This document shows, in pieces, positions 36,986 through 47,313 of a DNA stretch of 64,000 bases. The stretch is from a virus, in IMG/VR virus record IMGVR_UViG_3300021375_001810; one strand, given 5' to 3'. The notes beneath the pieces were generated by a model, which was not told the DNA's origin, did not search any database, and saw nothing but the letters and a program-made list of their open reading frames with translations. How positions within the stretch are numbered: the stretch's first letter is position 1; each line of letters opens with the position of its first letter. A program made the position numbers and the translations under genes.

Positions 36986-37280
36986 TAGTGCAGGGTGTTC
37001 AATCACACCCGACTACTACGACTATGATGCACCGTATTGTTACACCGACCAGACTATTAAAATGGAACAAGGTCAAACAGTAGATAGTGAAACTGTTTTA
37101 GAGTGTACTGATCGACCTGGTACGCAAATGGAAATTGCAAGAGCAGGAATTGATAAAGGGTGCGAAGAATTTTGGTATAACGAAACCCGTTGGGGTAAAC
37201 TAACAAAAGTAAGAGGAGTAAGATGTGAGAAACTTGACGGCAGTTGGGAAATTCTTAACATTAACGGTACTGTTAACTAG
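36948..37280 (+). CDS. Cys-containing lipoprotein
   Basis: Signal peptide with SAGC lipobox. Confidence 0.65.
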   Translation: MLKYLLLSLIVISSAGCSITPDYYDYDAPYCYTDQTIKMEQGQTVDSETVLECTDRPGTQMEIARAGIDKGCEEFWYNETRWGKLTKVRGVRCEKLDGSWEILNINGTVN

Positions 37281-37662
37281 TTTAGGAGCCTGTTCTACAA
37301 CTACTCCTTATCAGCAAAGTAAAAGTATCTCAAGTAGTGCTGAGATGAATTATGCTAACGGTGGAGTAGTTACTACAGTTTTTAATCTTAGTAAGTATCA
37401 GTGGTTTCGGCTAACCGACGAGCAAAAACGTAAACAGAATAGTGCAATACAAGCGGCACTTGAAAGCGATTACGGTGTAGTATATAACTGGTATGAAAGT
37501 ACAGCAAAAGGAAGTGTAAAAACCGTTCATGGTTATCCTATGAGTAGCGGGTTTTGTAAAGTAATTTACAGTACAATTACAGTTAAAGGTAAAACACGTA
37601 ATTTTGAAGAAACTGGATGCCAAGACGTCGGACACGATGGTTGGAGATTCCTTGTTAGGTAA
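37225..37662 (+). CDS. 17-kDa surface-antigen-like lipoprotein
   Basis: LGAC lipobox; ALE...W...G...C...C....W pattern. Confidence 0.7.
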   Translation: MRNLTAVGKFLTLTVLLTSLGACSTTTPYQQSKSISSSAEMNYANGGVVTTVFNLSKYQWFRLTDEQKRKQNSAIQAALESDYGVVYNWYESTAKGSVKTVHGYPMSSGFCKVIYSTITVKGKTRNFEETGCQDVGHDGWRFLVR

Positions 37663-37728
37663 ACACAACACTTTATTATGAGCCAAAATACCGATAAATA
37701 CAACATAGAGATCTCCGGGAGAGGAAAC

Positions 37729-39408
37729 ATGTTGTTAGCGATACTAACATTAATCACTGCTCTAAGCATTTCAGCGGTGGCGATATACTATTCAGTAGCA
37801 GGTTTGGTTGCTATTTTTGCGGCTGCCGCACTTCCTATTATGATTATGGGTGGGGTACTAGAAGTTGGTAAACTAGTAACGGCTGTTTGGTTACACAAAT
37901 ATTGGAAGAAGGCTTCCTGGTGGCTTAAAGGTTATCTAAGTGTAGCCGTCTTTGTACTCATGCTTATAACAAGTATGGGTATTTTCGGCTTTTTAAGTAA
38001 AGCCCATATTGAACAAACAAGTGCTGGCGAAGAAAGTGTTGCTCAAGTAGAACGCATTGATGATGAAATAACAAGATACATTAGTGTTATTGGCCGTGCA
38101 GAAAACAAAATTAGAGAACTAGAGTCAAGCACATTCAACAACGACTCACAAATACAAGAACAGATTGATAAAGAACAGACACGTATTGACACAGCATACG
38201 ATCGTATTAATCCTGCAATTAAAGAACAGAATGATATAATTGCAAACGTAACACAATTATTCCAAAACGAATTAGATAAAATTGATGCAGACCTAGAAAC
38301 ACTTCAAGGTTATGTAGACAATGGCGAAGTTAAAAAAGCACAACAAATGATTGGTGCTAGTGCAGATGGTATCTTTGGTAAAAAGACAGCAGAAAAGATC
38401 GGCGACTGGAAAGACGAAAAGAAAGAAGAACGTGCAGAATGGGTAGTAAAGATTCAAGAAGCCGCAAGTTCGCCTACAGTAATAGCGGCACGTGAAGAAA
38501 TTAAAAGATTAAGAACTGTTGCAGAAGATAACATTAAACAGTCAAACGAACTTATTAATAGACTAAGAAGTAAACTAGGAACAGACAATGTTAATCTTGA
38601 TGAGTTACTAGATGAACAGTTTGAAAGAGTTCGCACAGCAAACGCAGAAATTGAAGTCCTAACTGATGAAAAGTTTGAACTAGAAGCAGAATACAGAAAA
38701 CTAGAAGCAGAAGTAGGACCTATCAAATACATTGCTGAGTTTGTATACGGCGAAAGTGCTGATCGCAATATGTTAGAAGAAGCAGTACGTTGGGTTATTA
38801 TTACAATTATATTTGTATTTGATCCACTTGCTGTACTATTACTTATAGCAAGTCAGTATACATTTGAATGGGGTAGAAAACGTAAGCCCGCACTTGATAA
38901 CGATGAATGGAAAGACTACGAACGAATGAGAGCAGAAGTAATAGCTTCTAATGTTCCGCCATCGTTTGAACCAGAACCAGAAGAGATTATAGGTGACACT
39001 GAGGATAAACTTCCTGAAGTAGAAGATCTAAAAGAAGTAGAAGTAGATCCAGAACCGAAAAAAAAAGATATAAAATTATCGGAAGAATTAGTAGAGGATC
39101 GTCAAAAGAAACTTGATGAACAAGATACACAAGATTGGGAAACTGCTAAACAAGCATGGAAAGACGAGAATCCTACATTAACTTTAAAGATATACAAACA
39201 ATTATATCTGGAAGGTAAGATAGACGAGTTACCGTGGGAAAAACATTTTACTCCGCAAAAGTTTATGATTAAAGATAATAACAAACAAATCAAACTGGAA
39301 ACAGAACCACAACAAGAACAACCATCCGAGGGCCAAGGATATATACAGAACGAAGAACAAAACTCTTCAGACAGTAAATGGAAAAACATCAGGCCCAAAG
39401 ATGAGTGA
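37729..39408 (+). CDS. membrane-anchored coiled-coil protein
   Basis: N-terminal TMs, long coiled coil with PG-binding-like ADGIFGKKT, TM FVFDPLAV, acidic tail; late promoter 37695. Confidence 0.75.
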   Translation: MLLAILTLITALSISAVAIYYSVAGLVAIFAAAALPIMIMGGVLEVGKLVTAVWLHKYWKKASWWLKGYLSVAVFVLMLITSMGIFGFLSKAHIEQTSAGEESVAQVERIDDEITRYISVIGRAENKIRELESSTFNNDSQIQEQIDKEQTRIDTAYDRINPAIKEQNDIIANVTQLFQNELDKIDADLETLQGYVDNGEVKKAQQMIGASADGIFGKKTAEKIGDWKDEKKEERAEWVVKIQEAASSPTVIAAREEIKRLRTVAEDNIKQSNELINRLRSKLGTDNVNLDELLDEQFERVRTANAEIEVLTDEKFELEAEYRKLEAEVGPIKYIAEFVYGESADRNMLEEAVRWVIITIIFVFDPLAVLLLIASQYTFEWGRKRKPALDNDEWKDYERMRAEVIASNVPPSFEPEPEEIIGDTEDKLPEVEDLKEVEVDPEPKKKDIKLSEELVEDRQKKLDEQDTQDWETAKQAWKDENPTLTLKIYKQLYLEGKIDELPWEKHFTPQKFMIKDNNKQIKLETEPQQEQPSEGQGYIQNEEQNSSDSKWKNIRPKDE

Positions 39409-39799
39409 TATAACATTAGTTACACCACCAGACAAGTACTACACTAGCGAACCAAGTTTTCTTTTAGTGTATCCTAGTGAAGTTATTAAAGAACAGTTTA
39501 ATGACTTTGTTCAGCAATATAACATTCCATTTGTAGTTTACCTATACGAACAGAAAGAACCCAATCATGAACCAGAATGGCTTATGGATACCTTTCATGC
39601 CGCGGACTATGTTATCATAGATATTGATAACTGTGACCCAAAAGTAAAAGATTTCACATCATATTTTATTTCCAAAAACAAAACTTTTTGGTTGACAAAC
39701 AGTGGTGAAAACATGTATAATGTATTATCAAAGAATAGATTATATAATTTAGACTTTTTAACTGCAACAATCGGAGGACAGTTTGAGAAGAAACAATAG
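39401..39799 (+). CDS. hypothetical protein
   Basis: 132-aa ORF in operon. Confidence 0.7.
   Translation: MSDITLVTPPDKYYTSEPSFLLVYPSEVIKEQFNDFVQQYNIPFVVYLYEQKEPNHEPEWLMDTFHAADYVIIDIDNCDPKVKDFTSYFISKNKTFWLTNSGENMYNVLSKNRLYNLDFLTATIGGQFEKKQ
39692..39721 (+). promoter_or_regulatory. internal sigma70 promoter upstream of rpsU
   Basis: TTGACA-N18-TATAAT. Confidence 0.6.
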
Positions 39800-40064
39800 A
39801 AAAAACGACAACAGCCAATCATTTGGAAATGGTTTAACTGTTGAAGTAAGAAACGGCGATTTTAATAAAGCACTAAGAATTTTCAAAAAGAAAGTTATGG
39901 AGGCTGGAATTATTCAAGAAGTCCGTGACAGACAAGAATACACAAAGCCTAGCGAAAAACGTGCAAAAGCAAAAGCGGCGGGCAGAGCTCGTTGGATGAA
40001 GAAACAACGTCAAATGGAAATGGACGGTAAGTTACCTCCGTCACAGATTAAACGTAGGAAGTAG
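39783..40064 (+). CDS. rpsU: ribosomal protein bS21
   Basis: VEVRNGDFNKALRIFKKKV...EYTKPSEKR; GGAGG SD with TTG start. Confidence 0.9.
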   Translation: MRRNNRKNDNSQSFGNGLTVEVRNGDFNKALRIFKKKVMEAGIIQEVRDRQEYTKPSEKRAKAKAAGRARWMKKQRQMEMDGKLPPSQIKRRK

Positions 40065-40066
40065 TC

Positions 40067-40642
40067 ATGGCAATGCATACGGAACTATGGTTTCCGAGTG
40101 TTATCTGGAGCTCGATCATTCACGTAGTTAATAACGATGAACTTAAGAAGTTTGCGTATCAACGTAAGCAAACTGATAAAGGTAGGGTTATTAGTAATTA
40201 CGGAGGTTGGCAAAGTAACGATATAAAGCCAGGCGAGTCTGATCAAATCGATCGTTTAGTAAAAACCCTCAATGAAGAAATGAAAACTTGTGCCACACAA
40301 GTTGGTTTAAAAGAATGTGAAATATATAACATTTGGATAAACATTAATCCTCCACACAGTTATAATCACTTACACAACCATGTAGGTAGTGTATTAAGTG
40401 GAGTATATTATGTTGATGCAGAGAATCAAGGTAATATACAATTTGAAAGAAACGATGGCGGCGAATATCATATCCCCTATGATATTGCACAAGAAACCTA
40501 CTATACAAGTACAAGAGCAACATATGCCGCTAAGACTAATGCATTGTACATTTTTCCTGGATGGCTTAAACATAGTGTTCAAGGAAACATTGGAACAACT
40601 GACAGAATCAGTGTTTCATTTAACTACGGCGAAAAAAAGTAA
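40067..40642 (+). CDS. 2OG-Fe(II) oxygenase-like (TIGR02466-type)
   Basis: HNH, SGVYYV, FPGWLKHSV, RISVSFN. Confidence 0.85.
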   Translation: MAMHTELWFPSVIWSSIIHVVNNDELKKFAYQRKQTDKGRVISNYGGWQSNDIKPGESDQIDRLVKTLNEEMKTCATQVGLKECEIYNIWININPPHSYNHLHNHVGSVLSGVYYVDAENQGNIQFERNDGGEYHIPYDIAQETYYTSTRATYAAKTNALYIFPGWLKHSVQGNIGTTDRISVSFNYGEKK

Positions 40643-40654
40643 AAAGGTAGAATA

Positions 40655-41788
40655 ATGCGTATTGAACAAGATATAAAACTTGACTACAAAGATGTTCTGA
40701 TTAGACCTAAACGATCCATACTAGGTAGTCGCAAGGAAGTAAACTTAGATCGTAAATTTACATATAGGAATTATAATCCACCATTTCCAGATAATTCCGC
40801 TGAATATCATTATAGTGGTATTCCAATTATTGCAAGTAACATGGATGGTGTCGGTACAATGGAAATGGCAGACACACTTGCACAACAAAACATCCTAACT
40901 TGTCTTGTTAAAACATATAGTGAGGACGAACTTGTAAATTACTTCAACGGTGACGTACTAGTTAATAACAACAGAGTAGAACGTACAGAGTATGTTGCTA
41001 TGAGTATTGGCATTACAGATAATGATTATAGTAAGTTCAAAGAAGTATACGAACAAGTTGGATATAAATTAAAGTATGTTTGCGTTGATGTAGCAAATGG
41101 CTACTCAGAAAGGTTTGCAACATTTGTAAGAGGGTTGCGTAATAATTATCCACATATTGTTATTATTGCAGGCAACGTAGTTACAGGAGAAATGACGGAG
41201 GAATTGATTCTTGCAGGAGCAGATATTGTTAAGGTTGGCATTGGTCCTGGTAGTGTTTGTACTACTCGGATACAAACTGGTGTGGGGTATCCGCAACTAT
41301 CGGCGGTTATTGAATGCGCCGATGCGGCACACGGTCTCGGTGGTCATATTATCGCTGACGGCGGATGTACTTGCCCTGGCGATGTTGCCAAGGCTTTTGC
41401 CGGAGGCGCTGACTTTGTTATGCTGGGAGGTATGTTAGCAGGACACGACGAAGGCGGTGGTGAAGTAATTGTAAAGCAATTTGAAACAAACGAAATTATT
41501 CAAACACAGAAAAAAATTGTACAAGAAAAATATGTACAGTTTTACGGAATGAGCTCAAATGCCGCAAACGAAAAACACTTTGGTGGATTAAAAGAATACC
41601 GTAGTAGCGAAGGACGAGAAGTATTGGTTCCATATCGCGGCAAGGTAAAGCACACAATACAAGACCTATTAGGCGGTGTAAGAAGCACTTGTACCTATGC
41701 AGGTGCAGTAGGACTTAAACAACTCAGTAAGTGTACTACATTTGTACGTTGTACACAACAGTTTAACGCGGTTTACGCAGGAAAGTAA
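40655..41788 (+). CDS. guaC: GMP reductase
   Basis: [41 protein letters not shown]. Confidence 0.95.
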   Translation: MRIEQDIKLDYKDVLIRPKRSILGSRKEVNLDRKFTYRNYNPPFPDNSAEYHYSGIPIIASNMDGVGTMEMADTLAQQNILTCLVKTYSEDELVNYFNGDVLVNNNRVERTEYVAMSIGITDNDYSKFKEVYEQVGYKLKYVCVDVANGYSERFATFVRGLRNNYPHIVIIAGNVVTGEMTEELILAGADIVKVGIGPGSVCTTRIQTGVGYPQLSAVIECADAAHGLGGHIIADGGCTCPGDVAKAFAGGADFVMLGGMLAGHDEGGGEVIVKQFETNEIIQTQKKIVQEKYVQFYGMSSNAANEKHFGGLKEYRSSEGREVLVPYRGKVKHTIQDLLGGVRSTCTYAGAVGLKQLSKCTTFVRCTQQFNAVYAGK

Positions 41789-41792
41789 TATC

Positions 41793-42830
41793 ATGGATTT
41801 AAGTATTTTATATAGCGGACAAGTTTATCTTTTCCTAATTGTATTTGTAATGATGATTGCAGGTATGATAAAAGAGAACGACTTGTTCAAAGACATCTTC
41901 TGTTTCTTTGAACAGAATTTAAAAAGTAAGAAAGCGGTAGTTGCTATTGTAAGTGCCCTAACAGGACTACTACCTATCAAAGGTCGTGTTACAGTTAGTG
42001 CTGGCATGTTAGACACACTTGCACCCGATAAAGGGTGTTGTGGCCGAGAAAAGTTTGGACCAATTGATTATGTAAGCACACACCACTACTACTTTTGGTC
42101 ACCACTAGAGAAAACAGTTATTCTGCCGATGGCGGCGTTCGGACTGTCTTATGGTGCATTTATGAGTATGATGTGGCCATTGCTTGCTGTAAGTATTGCT
42201 TTTATTCTCGGCTACTTGATATGGGGCGTTAAAGAAAGTGATGTTCAATTACAGGATTGCGGAACAGAAATTAAAGTAAGTCGTATCACACGTTATGTAT
42301 TTCCATACATTGCAGGCGTAGTTGCTATTGTAGCTGGCGTAGACTTTATGTGGTCATTTGGATTGCTTACATTATATTACATGTTTTGTACAGCAACGTT
42401 TGATATTAAGAAGTTACTAGGTTACGTTGACTGGAAACTTATAGGCTGGGTAGCTCTTATTATTGCTCTAGCTAACTTTGCTGTCTCTAACACAGAAGCA
42501 ATTAAAACAGGATTAGAAAGTACAGGATTGGACATTAATACCCCGCTTGGCTTTATTGGTCTTAGTGTGTTTAGTTTCTTAGGTGCATTTGCACTAGGAA
42601 GCAGTTCACGCTTTGGTGCCATCACAGTGTTGATGTCAAGTATATATGGATTGGAGTATCTTCCTTGGTTCTTTGCAGTAGACTTTGTAGGCTATCTAAT
42701 TAGCCCTATGCACAAGTGCGTAGCAATTGGTATGCTGTACTTTGGAACTAAGTTGAGATATTACATTACTATATTAGGCTTATGGGGTGGATTGGTAATC
42801 GCCACCGCTGGGTTGACATTACTGTTCTAA
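41793..42830 (+). CDS. multi-pass inner-membrane transporter (ion-transporter-superfamily-like)
   Basis: About 10 hydrophobic segments; GLLP..G and SPMHKC motifs. Confidence 0.65.
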   Translation: MDLSILYSGQVYLFLIVFVMMIAGMIKENDLFKDIFCFFEQNLKSKKAVVAIVSALTGLLPIKGRVTVSAGMLDTLAPDKGCCGREKFGPIDYVSTHHYYFWSPLEKTVILPMAAFGLSYGAFMSMMWPLLAVSIAFILGYLIWGVKESDVQLQDCGTEIKVSRITRYVFPYIAGVVAIVAGVDFMWSFGLLTLYYMFCTATFDIKKLLGYVDWKLIGWVALIIALANFAVSNTEAIKTGLESTGLDINTPLGFIGLSVFSFLGAFALGSSSRFGAITVLMSSIYGLEYLPWFFAVDFVGYLISPMHKCVAIGMLYFGTKLRYYITILGLWGGLVIATAGLTLLF

Positions 42831-42841
42831 GAGTGTACACT
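42813..42841 (+). promoter_or_regulatory. sigma70 promoter
   Basis: TTGACA-N17-TACACT. Confidence 0.6.
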
Positions 42842-42916
42842 TAATAGGATAGAGGTAAGCACTAGGTTGTGCTTACTATTTTAATAACTTTTTTATAATT
42901 TATTTAAGGAGATAAT

Positions 42917-43504
42917 ATGAAAAATTTAATAATCGCAGGAATACTTGCAATTTTTGCAACAACTACTGTTAGTGCAGATGATTTTGATTATACAGAAGTA
43001 AACACTTTCGTAACTAAAGACAATTGGACCTTTGGTGTAAGAGAGTATGCTGATAAAGATTACTCTCAGCGTATCTTAAGATATGACTTTGAAGGAAATC
43101 CATATCGTTTAGAGTATAGAAAAATTGATCGTGCAGGCGTAGGCGAAGATTGGATTCGCTTTCAAGTCAAGCAGATTAAAAATGGAGCGTTCTTTTTCAA
43201 CTCAAGATTTGAACATAGATCAAGAGAAGGTAGAGAAAACGTTATGCGTTATCGCCCACAGTTTGGTTTAGAAGCACAAGGACAGCCTAACTTATTGTTT
43301 GGTTCACCGTTCTTAATCTTTGAACCACATGTACAATATACGTATGAAGGTAGTAATTTAGATTACAGCCATTTACAAACGTTTATAGGTACAAAATACA
43401 AGTTTGGATCATTCTCAGTGTCGCCTTTTGTTGAAGTCGATTTTGACGATGATTTTAAGAAAGATACAGCATTCTTTGGGGTTGACTTTAAACTCAATCT
43501 ATAA
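42917..43504 (+). CDS. outer-membrane porin-like protein (KdgM-like)
   Basis: Signal peptide; Arg-rich amphipathic beta strands; C-terminal FKLNL. Confidence 0.65.
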   Translation: MKNLIIAGILAIFATTTVSADDFDYTEVNTFVTKDNWTFGVREYADKDYSQRILRYDFEGNPYRLEYRKIDRAGVGEDWIRFQVKQIKNGAFFFNSRFEHRSREGRENVMRYRPQFGLEAQGQPNLLFGSPFLIFEPHVQYTYEGSNLDYSHLQTFIGTKYKFGSFSVSPFVEVDFDDDFKKDTAFFGVDFKLNL

Positions 43505-43574
43505 TATACTTGTATTATAAATGATAAATAAATGTGTAGGGAGATTGATTCTCCTTACATATTTTTAAATAAAC

Positions 43575-43631
43575 TGAAACGCCGAAAGGGTTTCAATAGT
43601 TAACTTGCTTATTAAAGGAGGAAACATTATG
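43575..43631 (+). promoter_or_regulatory. ROSE-like RNA thermometer upstream of hsp20
   Basis: TTGCT positioned to pair with the AGGAGG SD; preceding GAAA-loop hairpin. Confidence 0.5.
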
Positions 43632-44090
43632 ACAAGACTAACTACCTTAGACATCCCATCACTACATAGAGCTACTATCGGCTTCGATAGAATTTTCAGC
43701 GAGCTAGAACGCCAGTTTGAAAATAGCCCTAATAAGAATGGATATCCACCATACAACATTGCACAAATCAACGAAGATGAGTATATGATCTCATTGGCTG
43801 TTGCCGGCTTTGGTATGGATAATCTTTCAATTGAAAAGGATAACAAACTTTTAACAATTGAAGGTACGGCTCCTAAAGGAGATGAAGACGTTAATTACCT
43901 ACATAAAGGTATTGGCGGACGCAACTTCCGTAGGGAGTTCACACTTGCTGATCACGTAGAAGTGAAAAGTGCAGGCCTTGAACTAGGTATGCTAAACATT
44001 CATCTAGTACGTGAAGTTCCAGAAGAACTACAGCCTAAGAAAATTAAGATCAATGAAGGTCTTACTATTGAAGGCGAAACAGGCAAGTAA
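43629..44090 (+). CDS. small heat shock protein (IbpA/Hsp20)
   Basis: IGFD, YPPYNI, LAVAGF, YLHKGI..R.F.R.F.LA, GML, PKKIKI. Confidence 0.95.
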   Translation: MTRLTTLDIPSLHRATIGFDRIFSELERQFENSPNKNGYPPYNIAQINEDEYMISLAVAGFGMDNLSIEKDNKLLTIEGTAPKGDEDVNYLHKGIGGRNFRREFTLADHVEVKSAGLELGMLNIHLVREVPEELQPKKIKINEGLTIEGETGK

Positions 44091-44138
44091 ATTGTCTAGG
44101 GGGAGTGGGAAACCCTCCCCCACTTAACGGAGAAAGAA

Positions 44139-44450
44139 ATGAGCGAAGAAGTAATTTTAGATGTAAAGATAGATGAGAAATTATCTAAACAAATATCTGA
44201 GCCACCAAAGTTTAAAGTAGTATTACTGAATGATGATGTTACGCCTATTGATTGGGTAATAAAAGTTTTAGTAGAAATATTTAGACATTCAAACGAGAAT
44301 GCTGAAAAAATAACATTAACCATTCATACCGATGGTTCAGGCGTTGCTGGCATATATACTTATGAAATAGCAGAACAGAAAGCACTTGAAGCACAAGACC
44401 AAAGTAGAAGTCAAGGCTTTCCATTACAAATTAAACTAGAGAAAGAGTAA
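44139..44450 (+). CDS. clpS: ClpS N-end-rule adaptor
   Basis: VVLLNDDVTP, IHTDG, YEIAE, GFPL. Confidence 0.93.
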   Translation: MSEEVILDVKIDEKLSKQISEPPKFKVVLLNDDVTPIDWVIKVLVEIFRHSNENAEKITLTIHTDGSGVAGIYTYEIAEQKALEAQDQSRSQGFPLQIKLEKE

Positions 44451-44452
44451 AT

Positions 44453-45019
44453 ATGAGCCTAAAAGATCTTACATGGGAACACCATAAAGACGCAGAAAGA
44501 CAAGAATTTGTAAAAGTTATGATGAGTGGTAAGATCAATCCAGAATTATACGCAATCTACTTATGGAATCAACATAAGAAGTATGACCTACTTGAAGCAA
44601 TAGCAGGAGCAAATGGCGTATTAGACGACCTTCCAGGTATCAGACGTAAACAAGAAATTGAAAAAGATTTCTTTGAGTTGTGGACTAAGAAAGAAGAAGA
44701 GCCACCGATACTACCTAGTACAGAAAAATACATCGAACATATGCGTAGTATAATGGCTGACCCCGAAGCACTGATGGCACACATTTATACGTTACACATG
44801 GGCGACCTAAGTGGCGGACAAATGATTAAGAAACGTATTCCAGGCACGGGTAATATGTATAACTTCAAAGTTGACACACAAGAATTAAAAGAAGCCATAC
44901 GTAGTAAAATTCATGACGGCATGGCAGACGAAGCAAAGTTTTGTTTCGAAACAGCAACCAACTTATTTAAAGAACTAATGGAGTTAGACATTGAGCGTTA
45001 TATGGAACCGGTTAATTGA
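44453..45019 (+). CDS. heme oxygenase
   Basis: LKDLTWEHHKDAE (proximal His), HIYTLHMGDLSGG, EAKFCF. Confidence 0.93.
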   Translation: MSLKDLTWEHHKDAERQEFVKVMMSGKINPELYAIYLWNQHKKYDLLEAIAGANGVLDDLPGIRRKQEIEKDFFELWTKKEEEPPILPSTEKYIEHMRSIMADPEALMAHIYTLHMGDLSGGQMIKKRIPGTGNMYNFKVDTQELKEAIRSKIHDGMADEAKFCFETATNLFKELMELDIERYMEPVN

Positions 45020-45683
45020 ATGCCAAGATGAAATTATAAGCATCTTTGACAGTCGAGCAAAAGAAATAGAAGAACCAGGGTTATCACATTTTAATCAACC
45101 AGAGAATGGTTGGATTAATCGTGTGTGGGCAAATGATAGTGTTCGTAGAGCACATATTGATGTTGTAGATGCACGTGAGTCTAGAGGCTTATGGATGATG
45201 CATGTATGTTGTTTTCCAGTTCTTAACAATGATGCGCCAATATACGGCTTTGATGTTATTGCAGGCAAAAACAAAATGACTGGAGCCTTCCATGACTTTA
45301 GTCCTAGTTCTAATCCAGACCATCCTATGATTGATGGATACAGAGAAAGTGTTGAAGAATTTATTCCTAGCAAACAAAGACAACTACCTGAATGGGCAAC
45401 AAATATTTTTACAGATAAAATGCTTGCTGCAGGCAATGTTAAAACAGAGGAAGAAGCAGTTGCTATTATTGACATTGCTATTGCTAATCTTAATGCTTGG
45501 TTTGACGAAGTACCATTATCCGACGGTGACGGTAATTGCGAGATAGTTGCAGCAAGTCAGAACTATTACTGTCATAACCAGCAACAAAATCCACATACGC
45601 CTAACGTTATGAAAACACTTGGTCTTGCAGAAGAAGATGTAGATAAGTTCTGCACAGACATGCTGTTTCCTAAAATAGTATAA
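44991..45683 (+). CDS. ferredoxin-dependent bilin reductase (PcyA/PcyX-like)
   Basis: RRAH, MHVCCFP, PIYGFDVI, HDFSP, LPEWA.IF, QNYYC..QQQNPHT; overlaps heme oxygenase. Confidence 0.88.
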   Translation: MSVIWNRLIECQDEIISIFDSRAKEIEEPGLSHFNQPENGWINRVWANDSVRRAHIDVVDARESRGLWMMHVCCFPVLNNDAPIYGFDVIAGKNKMTGAFHDFSPSSNPDHPMIDGYRESVEEFIPSKQRQLPEWATNIFTDKMLAAGNVKTEEEAVAIIDIAIANLNAWFDEVPLSDGDGNCEIVAASQNYYCHNQQQNPHTPNVMKTLGLAEEDVDKFCTDMLFPKIV

Positions 45684-45713
45684 ATACTATTAATAATTTA
45701 GGAACAACTAATA

Positions 45714-47312
45714 ATGCGTTACAGTGACTTTAAACTTATAGAATCAAAAAAATTAGACGAGTCGGCTAATGCCGGACTAGAAGCTCAACATGCAATACAT
45801 GATATTGATGCTATTAGCAATGCTGTTGCTACTATGGACCCAACAGTTAAGTCTAACGTAGTAAGTAATTTAACAAGTCTTGCTCAAAAGGTCAGAGACT
45901 TTGTTACTAAGAATATTAAGAAAACTCCAGAACCGCAAACAGAAGCATTAGGTAGTGAAGACCAAGAAGCAGAATCTGCATTACAAAGATTAAAAGCCGA
46001 TATTGCTACTATTGAAGCAAGTGATATTGATGAAAACATAAAAGCATCTTTCTTAGCAAGTTTAAACGAAACATTAGACAAACTTACTAAAGCATCTGAA
46101 AACATAAAAACATCAAGAGACTCAGCACGTACTGAGCGTGACGAAGCAATTAACTTTGTTAAAGACGTTACAGGTGTATTAGTTACACTAGGTAACAAAG
46201 TACAAGGATATACAGCAGACTTAGACACAAGTGATATGACAGCAAGAGATAGATCTTCATACAAGAAAATGTCTATTAACGCAGATAAGTTTACTAAAAC
46301 TCTAAAGCAGGCACTGTTTGGAAAAATACTTGATATGCAGGAAGAAAGTGATGTTAAGGCTGAAGAGATTAAAGAGTTTTTACAAGCCTGTGTTGATGGT
46401 AAAGTAATTAACATGCTAAGACTTATTTCTGTAGACAGAGGTAATGTTAAAGATTTTGTAAACCCAAACTATCAAAAAGTATTTGATGTATTTGTAAAAG
46501 AAAACATCTTTAGTTATGCGCCTGGCACAACATCAGGTGCTATTGGTCCAGGCGAAATGGCATTGTCAATGATGGGTAACCCTGCAGAAAAGGGCAAGAA
46601 GGGCGATCTAAAGATTGGCGATGAAGAAGTTGAAATTAAAGCAAGTGCAAAGACCGGTGGGCGTTTCAATAGTAAGGCTATTGCTAAAGCAACTACAGGT
46701 TGGCAAACATGGTCAAACAAAATTAACGAAATTATGCAATCAGCACCAAAGGGTGCAACTATTCCAGTAATGCAAAAAGATGGAACATTCCAAAAAATTG
46801 ATGCACAAAGTTACGATGGTAACCAATACAATGTTATTAAAGGCAAGGCCAAAAAAGGTAGCAAGTATAACTGGAACAAGAAAGGCTTTGATGCACTAAA
46901 CAACGAAGTGTTAGAACCGTATGCAAATAAAAAACAAACTGCTGACTTGTTTATTTCAACAATTAAAGCTCTTGTACAAAACTATGAGAAACTAAGTCAA
47001 GAACAAGCAGGTAATTCACATCATAAACCATTTAAGCCAGCAGAACTAATTATTGATGCAATTAATAATGATGGTACTGTTGACATGAAGAAGATGAATG
47101 TTGCATACTCTAAAATTGCATATGCAAGTTATCACTTAGCAGACGGCATTACAACTGTTATGTTACTTAGAACAGATACATTAGACTACACTATCTTTAA
47201 AGATGCCGACGATTTAGTTGGACAAATGAATAACGATAGGGTTATTACTGGTGGCGGCTTCAATTGGAATGACGACCAGCAAACACCTACCCCTGGCTAC
47301 ACAGCCGCATAA
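45714..47312 (+). CDS. late protein with coiled coil and PD-(D/E)xK-like nuclease motif
   Basis: TATAAATA at 45679; MRYSDFKLIE N-terminus; GPGE...GDL...VEIK. Confidence 0.65.
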   Translation: MRYSDFKLIESKKLDESANAGLEAQHAIHDIDAISNAVATMDPTVKSNVVSNLTSLAQKVRDFVTKNIKKTPEPQTEALGSEDQEAESALQRLKADIATIEASDIDENIKASFLASLNETLDKLTKASENIKTSRDSARTERDEAINFVKDVTGVLVTLGNKVQGYTADLDTSDMTARDRSSYKKMSINADKFTKTLKQALFGKILDMQEESDVKAEEIKEFLQACVDGKVINMLRLISVDRGNVKDFVNPNYQKVFDVFVKENIFSYAPGTTSGAIGPGEMALSMMGNPAEKGKKGDLKIGDEEVEIKASAKTGGRFNSKAIAKATTGWQTWSNKINEIMQSAPKGATIPVMQKDGTFQKIDAQSYDGNQYNVIKGKAKKGSKYNWNKKGFDALNNEVLEPYANKKQTADLFISTIKALVQNYEKLSQEQAGNSHHKPFKPAELIIDAINNDGTVDMKKMNVAYSKIAYASYHLADGITTVMLLRTDTLDYTIFKDADDLVGQMNNDRVITGGGFNWNDDQQTPTPGYTAA

Positions 47313-47313
47313 C

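Noticed and set aside
39058-39067. A9G run as a frameshift site in the 37729 ORF
   Set aside because: Frame 0 continues; the -1 frame stops within two codons, so there is no supporting alternative ORF.
40631-40650. A AAA AAG before the stop of the 2OG-Fe(II) gene
   Set aside because: The -1 frame stops after a few codons.
44099-44121. GC hairpin after hsp20 as a terminator
   Set aside because: No U tract; more likely an mRNA-stabilising stem within the operon.
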